From positions 4,864,001 through 4,928,000 of the forward strand of contig CH464491.1 in assembly GCA_000002445.1 (NCBI GenBank): a DNA stretch of 64,000 bases, read 5' to 3'. How positions within the stretch are numbered: position 1 is the first letter of the stretch; every line of letters starts with the position of its first letter. Below, piece after piece: positions 48,510 to 60,231 of this stretch. This DNA comes from Trypanosoma brucei (Eukaryota). The position numbers and the translations under genes were made by a program. Under the pieces are notes generated by a model. It did not search any database. It saw only the letters and a program-made list of their open reading frames with translations, and was not told the DNA's origin.

Positions 48510-48580
48510 TCACGATGTTAGTACACACACACTCACAACCCACTCCAATCATTATCACCACTGTTATAACCATGACTATT
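48510..48580 (-). repeat. Degenerate single 70-bp repeat
   Basis: gtacacacacactcacaacccactccaatcattatcaccactgttataacc. Confidence 0.5.
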
Positions 48581-48860
48581 AGCCATAAAATAAAATTAAC
48601 AAGAAAAATAACAAAATGGCAAAATTTCATAATACCACCAATTTGTTATACCATATCACCCTAACACTTTGACCTTTGTGTCATTTTCATTATCAAATTT
48701 ACAGATATTTATGTTTTTAAAAAATTATAGATTTCTCAAAAGTTTTACAATAGTGTTAAAAATATTCAAATTTTAGAAAATATCAAAATTTTATAAATTT
48801 AGCAAAATTATTTAAAATTTTAGAATCCTTCAAATATAAAGCACATAAAAGAAACAAAAA

Positions 48861-50500
48861 TTATATCTTATTTTTATTTAAAAGACAAATAACATTTCGG
48901 CACATTTCTTTTTCGTGTTCATGTTCGCCCTCTTTACCCTTCCTCCATGCACAATTTTGCTTCTCGCCTGTTTTGTCAGCCTCACATTTTGCCTTATCAG
49001 TTCCGTGACTTGCACACCCAGCCGTGGCTGCTGTCCCTGCATCTCCTGTTCCTTCTGCCGTGTTTTCTTTTCCTGGTTTAGGTTTGCATTCCTTTTTAAT
49101 TTTATCATATTTGCAAGAGTCTGTTTGTGCAGGTCGTTTCATTGCCGTTAAATTTAGCGCATTTATTCTGCTCGTCTAATGTTACCGGTGTTGTTGTCGC
49201 GTCTGCTGATTTGTGCAAAGATCCCATTAGCAAAAGCGCTTCTATTTGATTTTGAAGTTGCTGTGCTTTGGCAATCGTCATTTGTGATTCCCTTGCTATT
49301 CTGTCCGCGGCTATGAGTTTTTCGCTTACCGCCCGCACGGCGTTTACCCATGGTATACCTGCTTTTTTGGCTAGCAAGTCGACGTAGTCAATGCAGGCCC
49401 CCTTGCCTGCCGCGGGTGTGTTCGCTGTTGAAGGTGTTGTGCACGCTGGTGTAGCGGTGTTATCGTAGGCATAATACCCGAAGATCTCCGCGGCTTTATG
49501 TAGGCTCCCCGTGTCTGAGTTTGGGGCGCTGCCTGTTGCGACCGCGTTTTGCCTAATTGTGCATAAAATGCACTGATTGCCTCTTGCAGCTTCTCTGGCG
49601 TCAGTTGCACTGTGCCAGTTGGAACTACGGTGTCGCATTCCTTGCTGTAGTCTTGCCAGTTAGCTGCGGCTTTTTCTTGCCCTCCCGCGGCGACTCCTAT
49701 CTGTGTGTTTGCGCCTAGTGTTGGATCTTTGCAATAAATGTTGCTGCTTGGTTGGGCCCCGACACAAAGGCAGACTGCGTCTTGGGCAAGTGCCTGGCCG
49801 GCGTGTCCCGTTGAGCCGTCCGGTTTCTTGCATATTGTGTCTCGGCCGGCTGTATCCGCCCATGGGAATTTCGTCTTGTCTGGGAAATCTTTCCACGGCT
49901 GTGACGGCTTGTTGTCGCTGCCGATAGAGTTTGCGTACGCTTCGCCGTACAAAGATGCTAGTGCTTGGCTGCGGGCCTGCTTTCTCACGTTTTCAAGGCG
50001 CTCCATGATATTCTTATGTTCATCACGGATATCCAAAGCTCTTTTTGTTAGGTGCGAGAAAGCTTTTTGAAGGCTTGATTTCTGTTCTTGGTTCAGAGGT
50101 AAGCCATATTTTGTTCGAAATTCTTTGTTTGTTTCGTCAGTCGCTATTTCTTTAAAGTCTGCTTTCATGGCCTCAAATTCTGGTTTGTCCAGCCGGTCAA
50201 AGTAGCCCTTTTTCGTTGCGTTCTCTTTTACCTTTTCGTGAGTTCCTTCTGGAGTGTTGTCTGCGAGGATAGCTGCTATTTCACTCTGAACTGTGGTGAG
50301 GTTGAGTTTTATGATATGGCGTACTATTTCACCGACTTTTGCTGCTGGATCCTCTGTTGTTGGATTTGCGGCGCCGCCGCTAACAGCTTTGTGCTCTGGG
50401 ATTGACTGTGTCAAAAGCTAATAAAATACACAAATGCTCCTAAACTCTCTTGCGTTTTTGACGGCCGCATTGACAGCTTCCGTCGCCACAACAAATATGA
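48861..50500 (-). pseudogene. VSG: VSG pseudogene (B-type) with an in-frame stop between signal peptide and mature domain, and at least two C-terminal frameshifts
   Basis: Minus-strand translation of 50415..50500 gives MLLESALIFVVATEAVNAAVKNAREFRSICVFY*, joining ORF 49371..50414 (..DAVCLCVGAQPSS..). The C-terminal domain is split over 49105..49638 and 48861..49142 (..KQNCAWRKGKEGEHEHEKEMCRNVICLLNKNKI*). Confidence 0.8.
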
Positions 50501-52597
50501 GGGCTGACTCTAACAACATCTGGTTAATTCCGTTGCAGTATTTCTGTTAAAAGAAAAAGTAAGCAAGCCTTCTAAATTTATAAACACCGAAATTTCTCCG
50601 CGTGTTGTGGTAACAAATTCCTTCGAACATTAAATTTTGGTCGCTTCGTAGAGTTACGTAAAAGGCACTCAGTTAAGCCAAATAATACCCACTTTATAGT
50701 TTAAATCCACTTTATCTTTATCTATATCTATATCCATATCGTCTCAAACACTTAAGATTCATGGTCCTCAACGGCCTCTTTCATCTGTTAAGTTGCCGTT
50801 TCCGCTTTGATTCGGAATAAAAAGATGGCATTGTGTTTTTTTTAGCGGAAAAGACTTCACTTATTTCTCTGTTTTTTGCAAGGTATTGTTTCTTTTTGTT
50901 GCGATAGCTTGTTTCAATACCTCTGTTTATCGTATTACGTGCATTTTGTGAAGTCTTCGACTGTAGAATCGTCCATTTTTATCTTTGTGAAGTGCTCGTT
51001 CATTGTTGTTAAAATTGTGTCGTCAATTCCCTTAAAGAGCGTGTTTCCAGGGTCGTTCTTGATAACGTCTTTGCTTTTTTCCGTCCTTCAAAGTGTCTAA
51101 AACGTGATACATGTCATTTGGTAAGCTGGTTAAGTTAATCCTCACAATCCTTTCGATTATTCATTTCCGCCTTTCCTCCACGTTCTAGAGTGTTTGCCTT
51201 CCGCCTTGCGAACTTGTAGCCGCTTAATCGGCCGTATTTACAGTGCATGCAGAGTGCACATGTGGTTGAACTCTACAATATTTTCTGCGGCTTCGTTGGC
51301 AGATTTTGTTAAACTTATTAGAAGAAAGAATACCTCTATTAGAATCTTGGCTCCTTATTTTAGTTCAGCAAATATTTGGACGAAAATAATCCGTAAAATT
51401 AATAAAATACAAAATTCTTCAAATGTCAGTGGAAGAATAAAAGTTATCATGACTTTCAGGTTGTATTTTTAGGGATTACATGTAGACAAAACATGTGTTT
51501 TTCTACTAATTTCCACTTTTAATTCTAAGTTAGTTTATTTTACATCTATTGAATCTATCATTTATGCGTTGCAATATCTTTCATAATCTTTTAATTCGCA
51601 TATTTCGTTTGATTTGGAATTATTACGTAAAGTTGTTGTTTTTCTGTTGAAGTATTTGGCGTTTTGGCTATATAATTCATTCTAGGAAACTGTTTTTGTT
51701 GTTTTTTAAGACTAGGCAGTATATGTCTCGAAAGCAATCTCCTTGTCTCTTCGTCTCACCTTTTGCATATCTTTAGCTATGCATGCATCCGAAACAGCTG
51801 TTATATGAACAACTCGCCGCCTAAATGCTGTTGGGTCTCACCGTCACACCCACATTGCAGTTGGGTGGCGTCGTTTTCAAGCTTCTATACTTCTTACAAA
51901 AATTGCTTCCTAGCCAGATTCATGCTCTATTTTAAGAATTTTCAGCGTTTTTACTCTTCCTTTTCTGTGAATAGTAGTCTATTTGTAGTTCCATTTTTAA
52001 AATACACAATAATGTTTTATAGCTTCCCACAAATGTCAGCCATTATTATTATATCTTATGAGAAGACTTCTACATTACACCACACATACCAGATCCGTTC
52101 CTCGTGCCTCTCCTTCTTGTACTTCACAGCTGTACGTCAGAATCCGCCATCTGATTTAAAACTACAGTGACCATCATCACCTCCGTCGTCGCATCTATCT
52201 ATTATACAGTTAAATAGCGCGCACGATCTTTTCCTGCATTATTTTTCTTCTTTCCTTTTCCGTTCCGGTAATCCACTTCTTTCACTCTGTATTTTTTAAT
52301 TTTTTATGTACTTCTACCATCGCTGCGAATAACGTAGTAATTCCATGTAACTTCACACTTTATTCTCTCTCTTCTCCCGTTATCCCCTACAACATCTCCT
52401 TTTATGTGATAATGCACACATTCATGTTTTTGTGTTTGAAACACCGCATATTCCTTCTTCATTTCTGTCTCAGTGTCTTTCTTTTTCTATATTTCGGTAA
52501 ATAATATTTCTCTACCCACTTACTTATTCTCATAGTTTCCTTATCATTTTTTAAGGATTTTTACATTTCACTGTTATTTTGACTTTTTCTGCTTTAT

Positions 52598-52633
52598 TAT
52601 AATATTCTTTTCTACAAACTCACAACATTCTTC

Positions 52634-52694
<61 letters not shown>

Positions 52695-52700
52695 GTTGGT
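52598..52700 (-). repeat. 70-bp repeat with an expanded (TAA)n triplet-repeat region
   Basis: tattataatattcttttctacaaactcacaacattcttctattattatt(att)n. Confidence 0.75.
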
Positions 52701-53689
52701 GTTGTTGGTGTGGTTAGGGTAATTGGGATGATGATGATGATGATGATGTTGATGCCGTAGCACAAGCTACTTTAGATCCAGAGGATCCTGTGAGACGCAT
52801 ATTACTAAGAGTTGCATCTGTGGACAGCTTTGTAAAGCTTCATATTTTCGGCGAAACATGCTAAAATAAATCAAATTTATAGAAATTTAAAAAAAAATTC
52901 AGAAAACTCTACAAACCAAAGTAACTTTTAATAAAAATGAGAACAATTCTTAGAATTCAAAAAAATATACTATACTCACAAAAACAGCAGCCATCAGAGC
53001 AAATTTTTTGTTACAAGCAAACTGGAAGAGATAAAAAAACAGGAGTTACTGGGCCAGCGCCATCAATGTAAGTAATGCAACCACAAAAAGCTTTCTTTCC
53101 TTGAGGAATTGCGCCAGTTATTTTGGTGAATTCTTCAGAAGTTTTGGCGGAAGCGCACCTATCTGTTGTTGTATCTCCTGTTCCTGTTTCTGCTTGTTTG
53201 GCATTCTCAATCAATGTGCACTTTTTGTCCTCGTCTGATCTGGAGTTAAAAACGCACCCCTGGCAGTTGAGCGGCGGAAGCCGTCGGGTTGAGGCAACAG
53301 ATTGCGATGCTGAAGGTTAATTTCTAATTTTATTAATCTTTCTCCCCATATATTAGTGTTTTTAATTTATTACCCCCTTGAAAACAAATCGTATCCCGTA
53401 GTAAACTTCCACGCGCCAGCGTAAAACAAAAAGAAGGAAAAATTTGAAGGCTTGCGCACAGCAAAATGCAGAGCTGAAATTCACAAAAGCAAAATGAACA
53501 TAAGTGTAACGATGTGGAGATAAAAATGAAAGTAAAAAAAAACGCTGACGTCTGCAGTAGAAGTAAGTGGCAACCTTGTTGTTAAAAAAAAAGAGCCGGT
53601 GCATCATCAAAAAATATGGAAATAAATTTAAAAAATGAATCCCAAAAAGATAAAATCTGGCATTTAAAAAAAATTAAGCGCCGTTGCAT

Positions 53690-54010
53690 GGCTTAGCGGC
53701 GAATAAGGGTTAGGGTCCGCATAACAAAAGAGCTGCTGCACCATTAAGAAAAAAGTGAAAAGTCTCGACGCTTTACTGCTAGTAAATAAAAATATTTTTA
53801 GTGAGAAGACAATGAAAACCCTAACCCTAACCCTAAACGGCTAAACACCACCGGGAAATCTGGACACTCTGCGCGGTGTGCCTGGTTGTACACCAAAAGA
53901 AATGCAGCGCGCCGCAAAAAAAATTTGGCACTCTTCACCCTAAAAAAATAAAAATTAACTCTTAAAATCAAAAACCTAAAAATGCCGAAATGAAAGACCA
54001 AAAATTTACC
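53690..54010 (-). repeat. Block containing short interstitial telomere-repeat tracts (TTAGGG on the minus strand), downstream of the VSG at 54223..55787
   Basis: gggttagggt at 53706..53715, ccctaaccctaaccctaaa at 53819..53837, and further degenerate ccctaa/aaccctga copies. Homologous to 62990..63200. Confidence 0.7.
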
Positions 54011-54167
54011 CTAACAATGTTTGCTAGAAAATTTAACCCTGACCTTCCTTCATTCTTTTCTTCTTTATTCGTTTTCAACAAAAAACAAGGAAAAAAAAAT
54101 TCACCCATCAGGAAATTTTACAGAGTCACAATTTGACGAACACACATTATTTTCGGGAAATTGTAAG

Positions 54168-54183
54168 GTGTTAAAATATATCA
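54168..54183 (-). promoter_or_regulatory. VSG 3'UTR 16-mer, exact reverse complement
   Basis: The plus strand reads gtgttaaaatatatca. Confidence 0.7.
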
Positions 54184-54222
54184 AACAGCAAAGTTTTTTT
54201 TTTAAAAAGAGGGGAAATTTGT

Positions 54223-55787
54223 TTAGAAAATCAAGCCCACAAATGCAGAAGAAACCACGCTGAGAGCGAATTGCTTGTTTAGGAGAAAACTACCATTTCG
54301 GCATTTCTCTGTATCCTTGTCATCCTCATTATCTTTACCCTTCCTCCATGCACAATTTTGTTTCTCGCCTGTTTTGTCACTTTCACAATCAGGCTGATTT
54401 TGGTGCCTTGCACATCCAGATGTGGTTGCAGCTCCTGCACCTGCTCCTACTGTTTTGGTTGCTTGTTGTTCTGCTGCTTTTGCTGGATCTAATGAGCACT
54501 TTTTGTTTGCATCAGTGGCATTGCCGTTCCACTTGCAGGGATCATTGCATTTTTCGCTTTTTGTATGTTTGTTGCATTCTGCTTCCGTGGGGAGCTGTTT
54601 CTTTACTACTGGGGCTGTTGTGCTGAGGACCTGGACGGGATTTTGGTATAGATAGCTGTGGACTGTTGCGTTTATTAAACGCAGCTGGGCTTCAATTGTA
54701 TGAAGTGCGCTTAGGGTTTTGTACTTGTTTTGCAGCTTCTGTGCAGTATTCACTAGGTGCTCAGCCCATGGTATCCCAGCCTTTCCTTTGGTGAAAAGCT
54801 CCGGTTTGTAGGCGGCACACTTGCCTCCATTGCTAGCTTTGTTGCCGGTGCAGCCAGCTTCGCCGGTGGTGTCTAGCTCGCCAAGTACGTAATTTTGCTT
54901 GGTGGTGCTGCCCTGCTTGTGTTTCAATTTTCCTATGAATGTCGCCAGCGCCGACGTGACCGTTGCTTCGTTTAGTTCGTGGTGCGGCGAAAACGCTTGG
55001 CAGCACTTGAGTAGGTTGTCTGCTTCGGCGAGGTAGTTTGTGTCCGCGGCCGGTGGTGTGTCCAGGTTTGTAGCGGTGCACGTGTTAACGCATGCCTTGC
55101 CGTGTGTTGCTGTGCTCGTTCCATGTTTAGCACATAAACAAGTTATGTCCAGTAGATTGAGCTGCCGGCTTTGTTGTCGGCATCGGCGCCGCTTTTGCCA
55201 CAGCTGTCTTCTCTGGTTTTGCTTGCTGGTATTGGCTTGAATTCCGCCGGTTTTGTTATGGTGCCATACAGGGCTAAGTTCTGTTCTGCCGTTACGTCGG
55301 TCATGGAAAGCTCTTTGGATTTGCTTTGTGCTACCTTAAAGAGTTCTAGCGCATGTTGAGACAAAAGTCTAACCCGGTTCGCGGTTTTCTCGGTCGGCGC
55401 TAGGGTCGCCCATAGTGCTTGAGCCTCTTTGGTTCGTGTTTTGGGAGTTGATTTGGCTTCCTTGTACAGCGGCCAGTTATTTTCCCACCCTGGTCTGTCC
55501 GCCTTTTCTTGCGCTGTTAGGCTGCTCCAATCCTTGTCCTCTAGAACGGCGTTGGTGAAGTTTTGGTCACTAACACTGAGGTTTGCTGCGAGTATGTCTA
55601 GGGTGAGTTGCTTATTTTGTGTGTCGTCAGTTATTGCTGCCGGTTGAGTTTGTGCTAAGTTAGCTAGCGCGCAGAGTGCCGAAAATGGCTCTATGTTGTC
55701 ATTGTCGGCGCTGTTAGATTGTACACGTTTTAGTGCCGATAAAGACAGTACTAGAGCTGCTATTAGAAGCAACGTCGCCATTTGCAT
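54223..55787 (-). pseudogene. VSG: VSG (B-type) with an intact signal peptide and an intact class-1 GPI signal but a frameshifted ~70-aa central segment
   Basis: ORF 55143..55787 begins MQMATLLLIAALVLSLSA... ORF 54223..54927 ends ..KCRNGSFLLNKQFALSVVSSAFVGLIF*. The two frames differ between 54927 and 55143. Confidence 0.85.
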
Positions 55788-56042
55788 CTGTTGGCTTTTT
55801 TACTGCGTTGAGAGAGAAAATTGTATAGTAGAGTAAGTTTGATGTTGCTCTTTTATGGGTTATGTTGTACATTAGAGGTTCTTTCGGTTATATGTTGCGG
55901 CATGCTTTCGCTGAAGAACGTGGTCTCACATTCTTAACAGTTACTTGCACTATCTTTTCACATTCTTGAATGAATAGAATCTGATATTTACCATTAGGTT
56001 CCGCTTTTCCACTACACAACGCACAATCACACCATGGCATTA

Positions 56043-56297
56043 CGTTCTTCCCATTATCACCGGACAGCAGCATCTTAGTGCGGATGATACTGCTGATGGC
56101 ACGCTGGCACGTGCCCAGGGACCGACAAATGAAAAACGGTGTCCCAGCAAGACGCTGCTGATCCCTGTGCTGCATGATGCCGTAGCCGGAGCACAGCAGT
56201 GTTCCAAAAGAGAGGAATGCTGATGACTCTTGGCTTCCCCCGATGATACGGGGTACTGGACCCTGGCACCACGTTGAGGTGGTCGGCATCGCCAGGG
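56043..56297 (-). mobile_element. RIME: Solitary RIME 5' half (~255 bp). It is homologous to the first 255 bp of the ingi at 45322..45576 and has no 3' half or A-tail.
   Basis: The plus strand reads ..cgatgatacggggtactggaccctggcaccacgttgaggtggtcggcatcgccaggg, ending at 56297. Similarity to the ingi stops at ~56043 (..atcaccggacagcagcatcttagtgcgg..). Confidence 0.8.
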
Positions 56298-58049
56298 TCC
56301 CCATTATCAATCTACCTACGCCGAATAATAATGGACAGTCTATTATTCAAAGTTCCTTGTCTTCACCAGGTAATATTATGGTTTGTCAGCAGAACAAATG
56401 CACAAAACCCACAACCTTCACCATTACATATATATCTTTTCGAGTGAAATATAAATCAAATCTCTTCTTGAGTCGTTATTTTCTGTTCGGCGGTTTCACG
56501 AATGCAGCTTTTTTACTCTTTCTTTTTCCCCTTACTTCCACTTTCTGTTGCTTCTTCTGAAGATCACGTAGTGACTCCTTTTATCCTGTACACTGCACCA
56601 TCTCCCCTCCATCATCTCCTTGTGTATGACGATGCCCATCGTCATGTTTGTGTATAGAATTGCACATATTCCATGTTTCCCTCTCTTTTCTTTTGGCTCC
56701 ATACGCTTGATTGAACAATAATAAGAATCACCATGATCTTCGTCTCACTCACTCATACTCACTCATACTCACTCAGCGCTTCTTCGCACTGCTTAACTTT
56801 AGCATTCACTATCAAATTAAAGAAACACAGTTTATATTGTCTTTGAAACTTCTTCTTACAATTTTGGGCAAAATACGCTTTTCTTTAGGTCTTTTCAGCG
56901 CTCGCCAGGGTCAAATACTAAGTTTTTTTTCGTAATCGCAGCACTTGATCGGGTAGAAAGCTCATTTTTATATTCTATATGCTTAATACTTCATTTTGAG
57001 CATGGATGATAGACGGACTGAGGAGACGCTTTTGTTGCTGTTTTATTAGAGACTCCGTTCATTTGAATTTTATTTCCTTTTTTTTCCATTTAAATTGTTG
57101 TGCTTGTCACCCGGCCGTGCTTATTTCTTTTCTTTCAAATTATCGATACAGAAAGCTGTAGTGGGAGAAATACTGGTAAGAAGTACTGATTCTAGTACTC
57201 CTGCCACAAGAAAGAATGGACTCAATTTTATTAAACGTCAGTGATATCGTTTTAATATACCAAATATGATACTTAAGTTAACTTTTTAAATCTTTACTTG
57301 AATCTGTAAAATAAAGAATTTCTTGCTTCTATCTAATACCTTTGCTAATTCACCCAGGTGTGGAGTCATTAAGAGTTAGTGTTTATACTCTATATTGTGA
57401 GTTAATAAAGCTCTTACTTTAAACTTTTATCTTCTGCTTATGCCTTTGTGTCGTTCACTGCCGTCTTTTTAAAAAAATTCTATTAGTTTTGTGTGTTGTC
57501 ATAAGTTTTTTCGCAATAAGTAGCTACGCCATTTGCCGTATCTTCTTTTTACTGCTTAGTAACAATAACAGATGCATTTATATAAACCTATATCATTGTC
57601 TTCTTTACTCACTGCTATTAACTGTTTTATATACATAATAGCGCCTCAAATAAAAATAATGAATTTTTCAAATAATTTCTTGGAGCATGTTAGAAAAAAT
57701 GCTCTTAGTCGGGTTTAACTTGTAATCCTTCCTTTTGTTAGCTACAATGAGTTTGTTTAGTCTTTAAAGTGCACAGTGATCTCCATTTTCGGTCGATCCA
57801 TTATCTTTTTGTAAATTGTAACCATAATTGCTTTATTTTTGTATGAAATGCCACATATTGCATTAACATTTACTTCTCGATGACCTGATGCTGTTTCTTT
57901 TAATAATATCCCTCGTACATCGTCTATTTCACACTTACTATTACACTCATTCACTTAGTTCCATTACTCACTTGTTCCCATTGCATCTTCTTCATTGTTT
58001 GAAGGGCTCCTTTTTTAGCGACCCTAGGGTCTACAGCATTACTACTTTC

Positions 58050-58259
58050 ATTATAATATTCGTATATACACGCTCACAACACTCTCCTATTATCATTATC
58101 ATTACTATCATCATTATTATTATTACTGCTCTTATTATAATATTCGTATATACGCATACTCACAACACTCTCCTATTATCATTATCATTACTATCATCAT
58201 TATTATTATTACTGCTCTTATTATAATATTCGTATATACGCATACTCACAACACTCTTC

Positions 58260-58310
<51 letters not shown>

Positions 58311-58353
58311 ATAACCTTATTATTATTATTATTATTATTATTTATTATTATTA

Positions 58354-58388
<35 letters not shown>

Positions 58389-58405
58389 TATTATTATTAT
58401 TACCA
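58050..58405 (-). repeat. 70-bp repeat array, about 3 units with a long (TTA)n expansion
   Basis: ..ttataatattcgtatatacacgctcacaacactctcctattatcattatcattactatcatcattattattattactgctc.. occurs three times, followed by (tta)n to ~58400. Confidence 0.9.
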
Positions 58406-58577
58406 CAACAAATATCCAGATAACGAAAAGAATAATAAAATTAAAATAGCACTCATTTTTAATACCATGCAACCCTACTACTAATTTGAACTAGTAGGCC
58501 ACTATCATACCATAATTTATATTTTCAGACTTCTATAAATTTCACCAGTTTGCACATTTTTCAAAGGTTGTACGAAA

Positions 58578-58593
58578 ATGTTAAAATATATCA
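58578..58593 (-). promoter_or_regulatory. VSG 3'UTR 16-mer (15/16, reverse complement)
   Basis: The plus strand reads atgttaaaatatatca. Confidence 0.65.
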
Positions 58594-58665
58594 AATGCTA
58601 AGAAAACACATAAAACAGAAATTGCTTATGAATTTCGTAAAATTGAGCAAAAAAAGACTAAAATA

Positions 58666-60231
58666 CTAAAATCCTACAAAACTTATAAAAGCAGCAACCA
58701 TAGTCAGGTCCAAGTGTTTGTTTACTAGAATAGAGGAATCCTGGCACTTGTCTTCGATCCATCCGCAAACTTTTTTCTTGCCAGGGGTTGGAGTTCCTTG
58801 GACTGCCTCGCATTCTGTCTGGTTCTGAATTGTGCTGCACACAGGTTTGCCAGTATTACCCCCGTTCCTCTTTTCTTCTGTTTTGTCTTCTGAGTCTGAT
58901 TTCTTGGAAGGATCAACCGCTGCTTGTTCTCCTGAGCTTTTTGTTGCTTCCGCTTTTGAGGCTTGGCCAGCAAAAAATGCAATGGCGATGCCGGCGTTAT
59001 TTGACTTTGCGATTTTGTTTGCTTCTTCTTTTTGTTCTTTGCCTTTGCCGGCAAAGGATAGTTTGTTTGCCGAAAGCGGCTTAATGAAGTCGTCTTCGAT
59101 GGCTGAGTCTTTCGTGCCGAACACCACTTTGAGAAATTCTTCTGCCTTAGTCTTGTCTATTTCTGTCGCTGTAGCAGCTAGTAAGCCTTGCCCTTTCATA
59201 GCAGCCAGTGTGTAGCTTGCATGCTGTCCGTCGGATTTAAAATCTGCTAGCTTAGCATCTAGTGCCGAGCTGGTTATTGTTAATGTCGCCTTTTGTGCTT
59301 CACAGACGGCATGCAAAACCGCTGTTTTAGCGTCGAGATACGGTCCTTTGTCTGTTGTCGGTTGGACACACTCTTGTGAATTCTCCGAGGTGAATAAGCT
59401 GTTCGGTGCCATTTCTGGTGCATGCGGTTTGGGAATTATTATGGCACCTATGGCGTTAGTTCCGCCGATGTTTCCGTTGTTGTAGGTTGGAGAATCGTTG
59501 CTGCAGTAGGGGGTGCCTGCTGCTGTGCTTGCTGTGTTTGTTACTGTGCCCTTCCAGAATGCGTAGATGTCTGCTTGTAGCTCGTCTGTATACTTTTGCG
59601 TCGGGTACGGCAGTTTCGTTAGGTCGGTTAAGGTTATCTTGTCTGCACCTAGCTTGTCTTCGCCTTCCGGTGGGAATTGGCACAGCGGCGTCGCTGCTTG
59701 TTGTGTTTGGCCTGTATATGTGCAGGTCACGGCCGCGCTCCCCGTAATGGTCGCTACCGCCGTGCCTTTTGTGGGTGTAGCCGTCATTTTTTGGTGTCTG
59801 TTTTGCATCCTGAGTAGTGTCGTGAGAGTTGCCGACAGATTAGCCAGTTTTTGTGTTGCTGCCGTCATCGGGCGTTTCGCCTGTTGTATGCTTGCTGCCT
59901 GTTGGGCCAGGCGATCAGTCGCTAGCGCTAAAAGTATGCCGTAGCCGATCTTCTTGTGTCCGTTTGCTGTCGAAATGTAGGCCAACTGAAGTTGTTCCGC
60001 TTGGTTCTCCAGGTTGAGCCTGTTTTCTTCGCCCCTGCTTAACAGCCCGCGAATGTGGTCTGACAGTTTGTCTAAGTACCATATTGCTTTGCACGGGTCT
60101 GTTGCTGCCGCTGCTGCCCGGTCAGCTGTGGGCGATGCCAGTCCTAGGGTTTTGGCAGCGACTACAAGGCCTGCAATTGCTGTTAGTGTTTGTGCCTTGA
60201 TTTGCCCTGCCGCTTTGCTGCGTTGGGCCAT
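58666..60231 (-). CDS. VSG: Apparently intact VSG, 521 aa, A-type N-domain, class-1 C-terminus with GPI signal
   Basis: A real ATG opens MAQRSKAAGQIKAQTLTAIAGLVVAAKTLGLASPTA (signal peptide). The ORF is uninterrupted and ends ..KKVCGWIEDKCQDSSILVNKHLDLTMVAAFISFVGF*. The 16-mer lies downstream and 70-bp repeats upstream (61.7 kb, weak). Confidence 0.85.
   Translation of the reverse strand: MAQRSKAAGQIKAQTLTAIAGLVVAAKTLGLASPTADRAAAAATDPCKAIWYLDKLSDHIRGLLSRGEENRLNLENQAEQLQLAYISTANGHKKIGYGILLALATDRLAQQAASIQQAKRPMTAATQKLANLSATLTTLLRMQNRHQKMTATPTKGTAVATITGSAAVTCTYTGQTQQAATPLCQFPPEGEDKLGADKITLTDLTKLPYPTQKYTDELQADIYAFWKGTVTNTASTAAGTPYCSNDSPTYNNGNIGGTNAIGAIIIPKPHAPEMAPNSLFTSENSQECVQPTTDKGPYLDAKTAVLHAVCEAQKATLTITSSALDAKLADFKSDGQHASYTLAAMKGQGLLAATATEIDKTKAEEFLKVVFGTKDSAIEDDFIKPLSANKLSFAGKGKEQKEEANKIAKSNNAGIAIAFFAGQASKAEATKSSGEQAAVDPSKKSDSEDKTEEKRNGGNTGKPVCSTIQNQTECEAVQGTPTPGKKKVCGWIEDKCQDSSILVNKHLDLTMVAAFISFVGF

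Noticed and set aside
52700..52760. The sequence gtgtggttagggtaattgggatgatgatgatgatgatg, examined as a possible telomere tract
   Set aside because: It has a single TTAGGG and a (GAT)n microsatellite next to the 70-bp repeat. It does not have the tandem hexamers seen at 53.8 kb.
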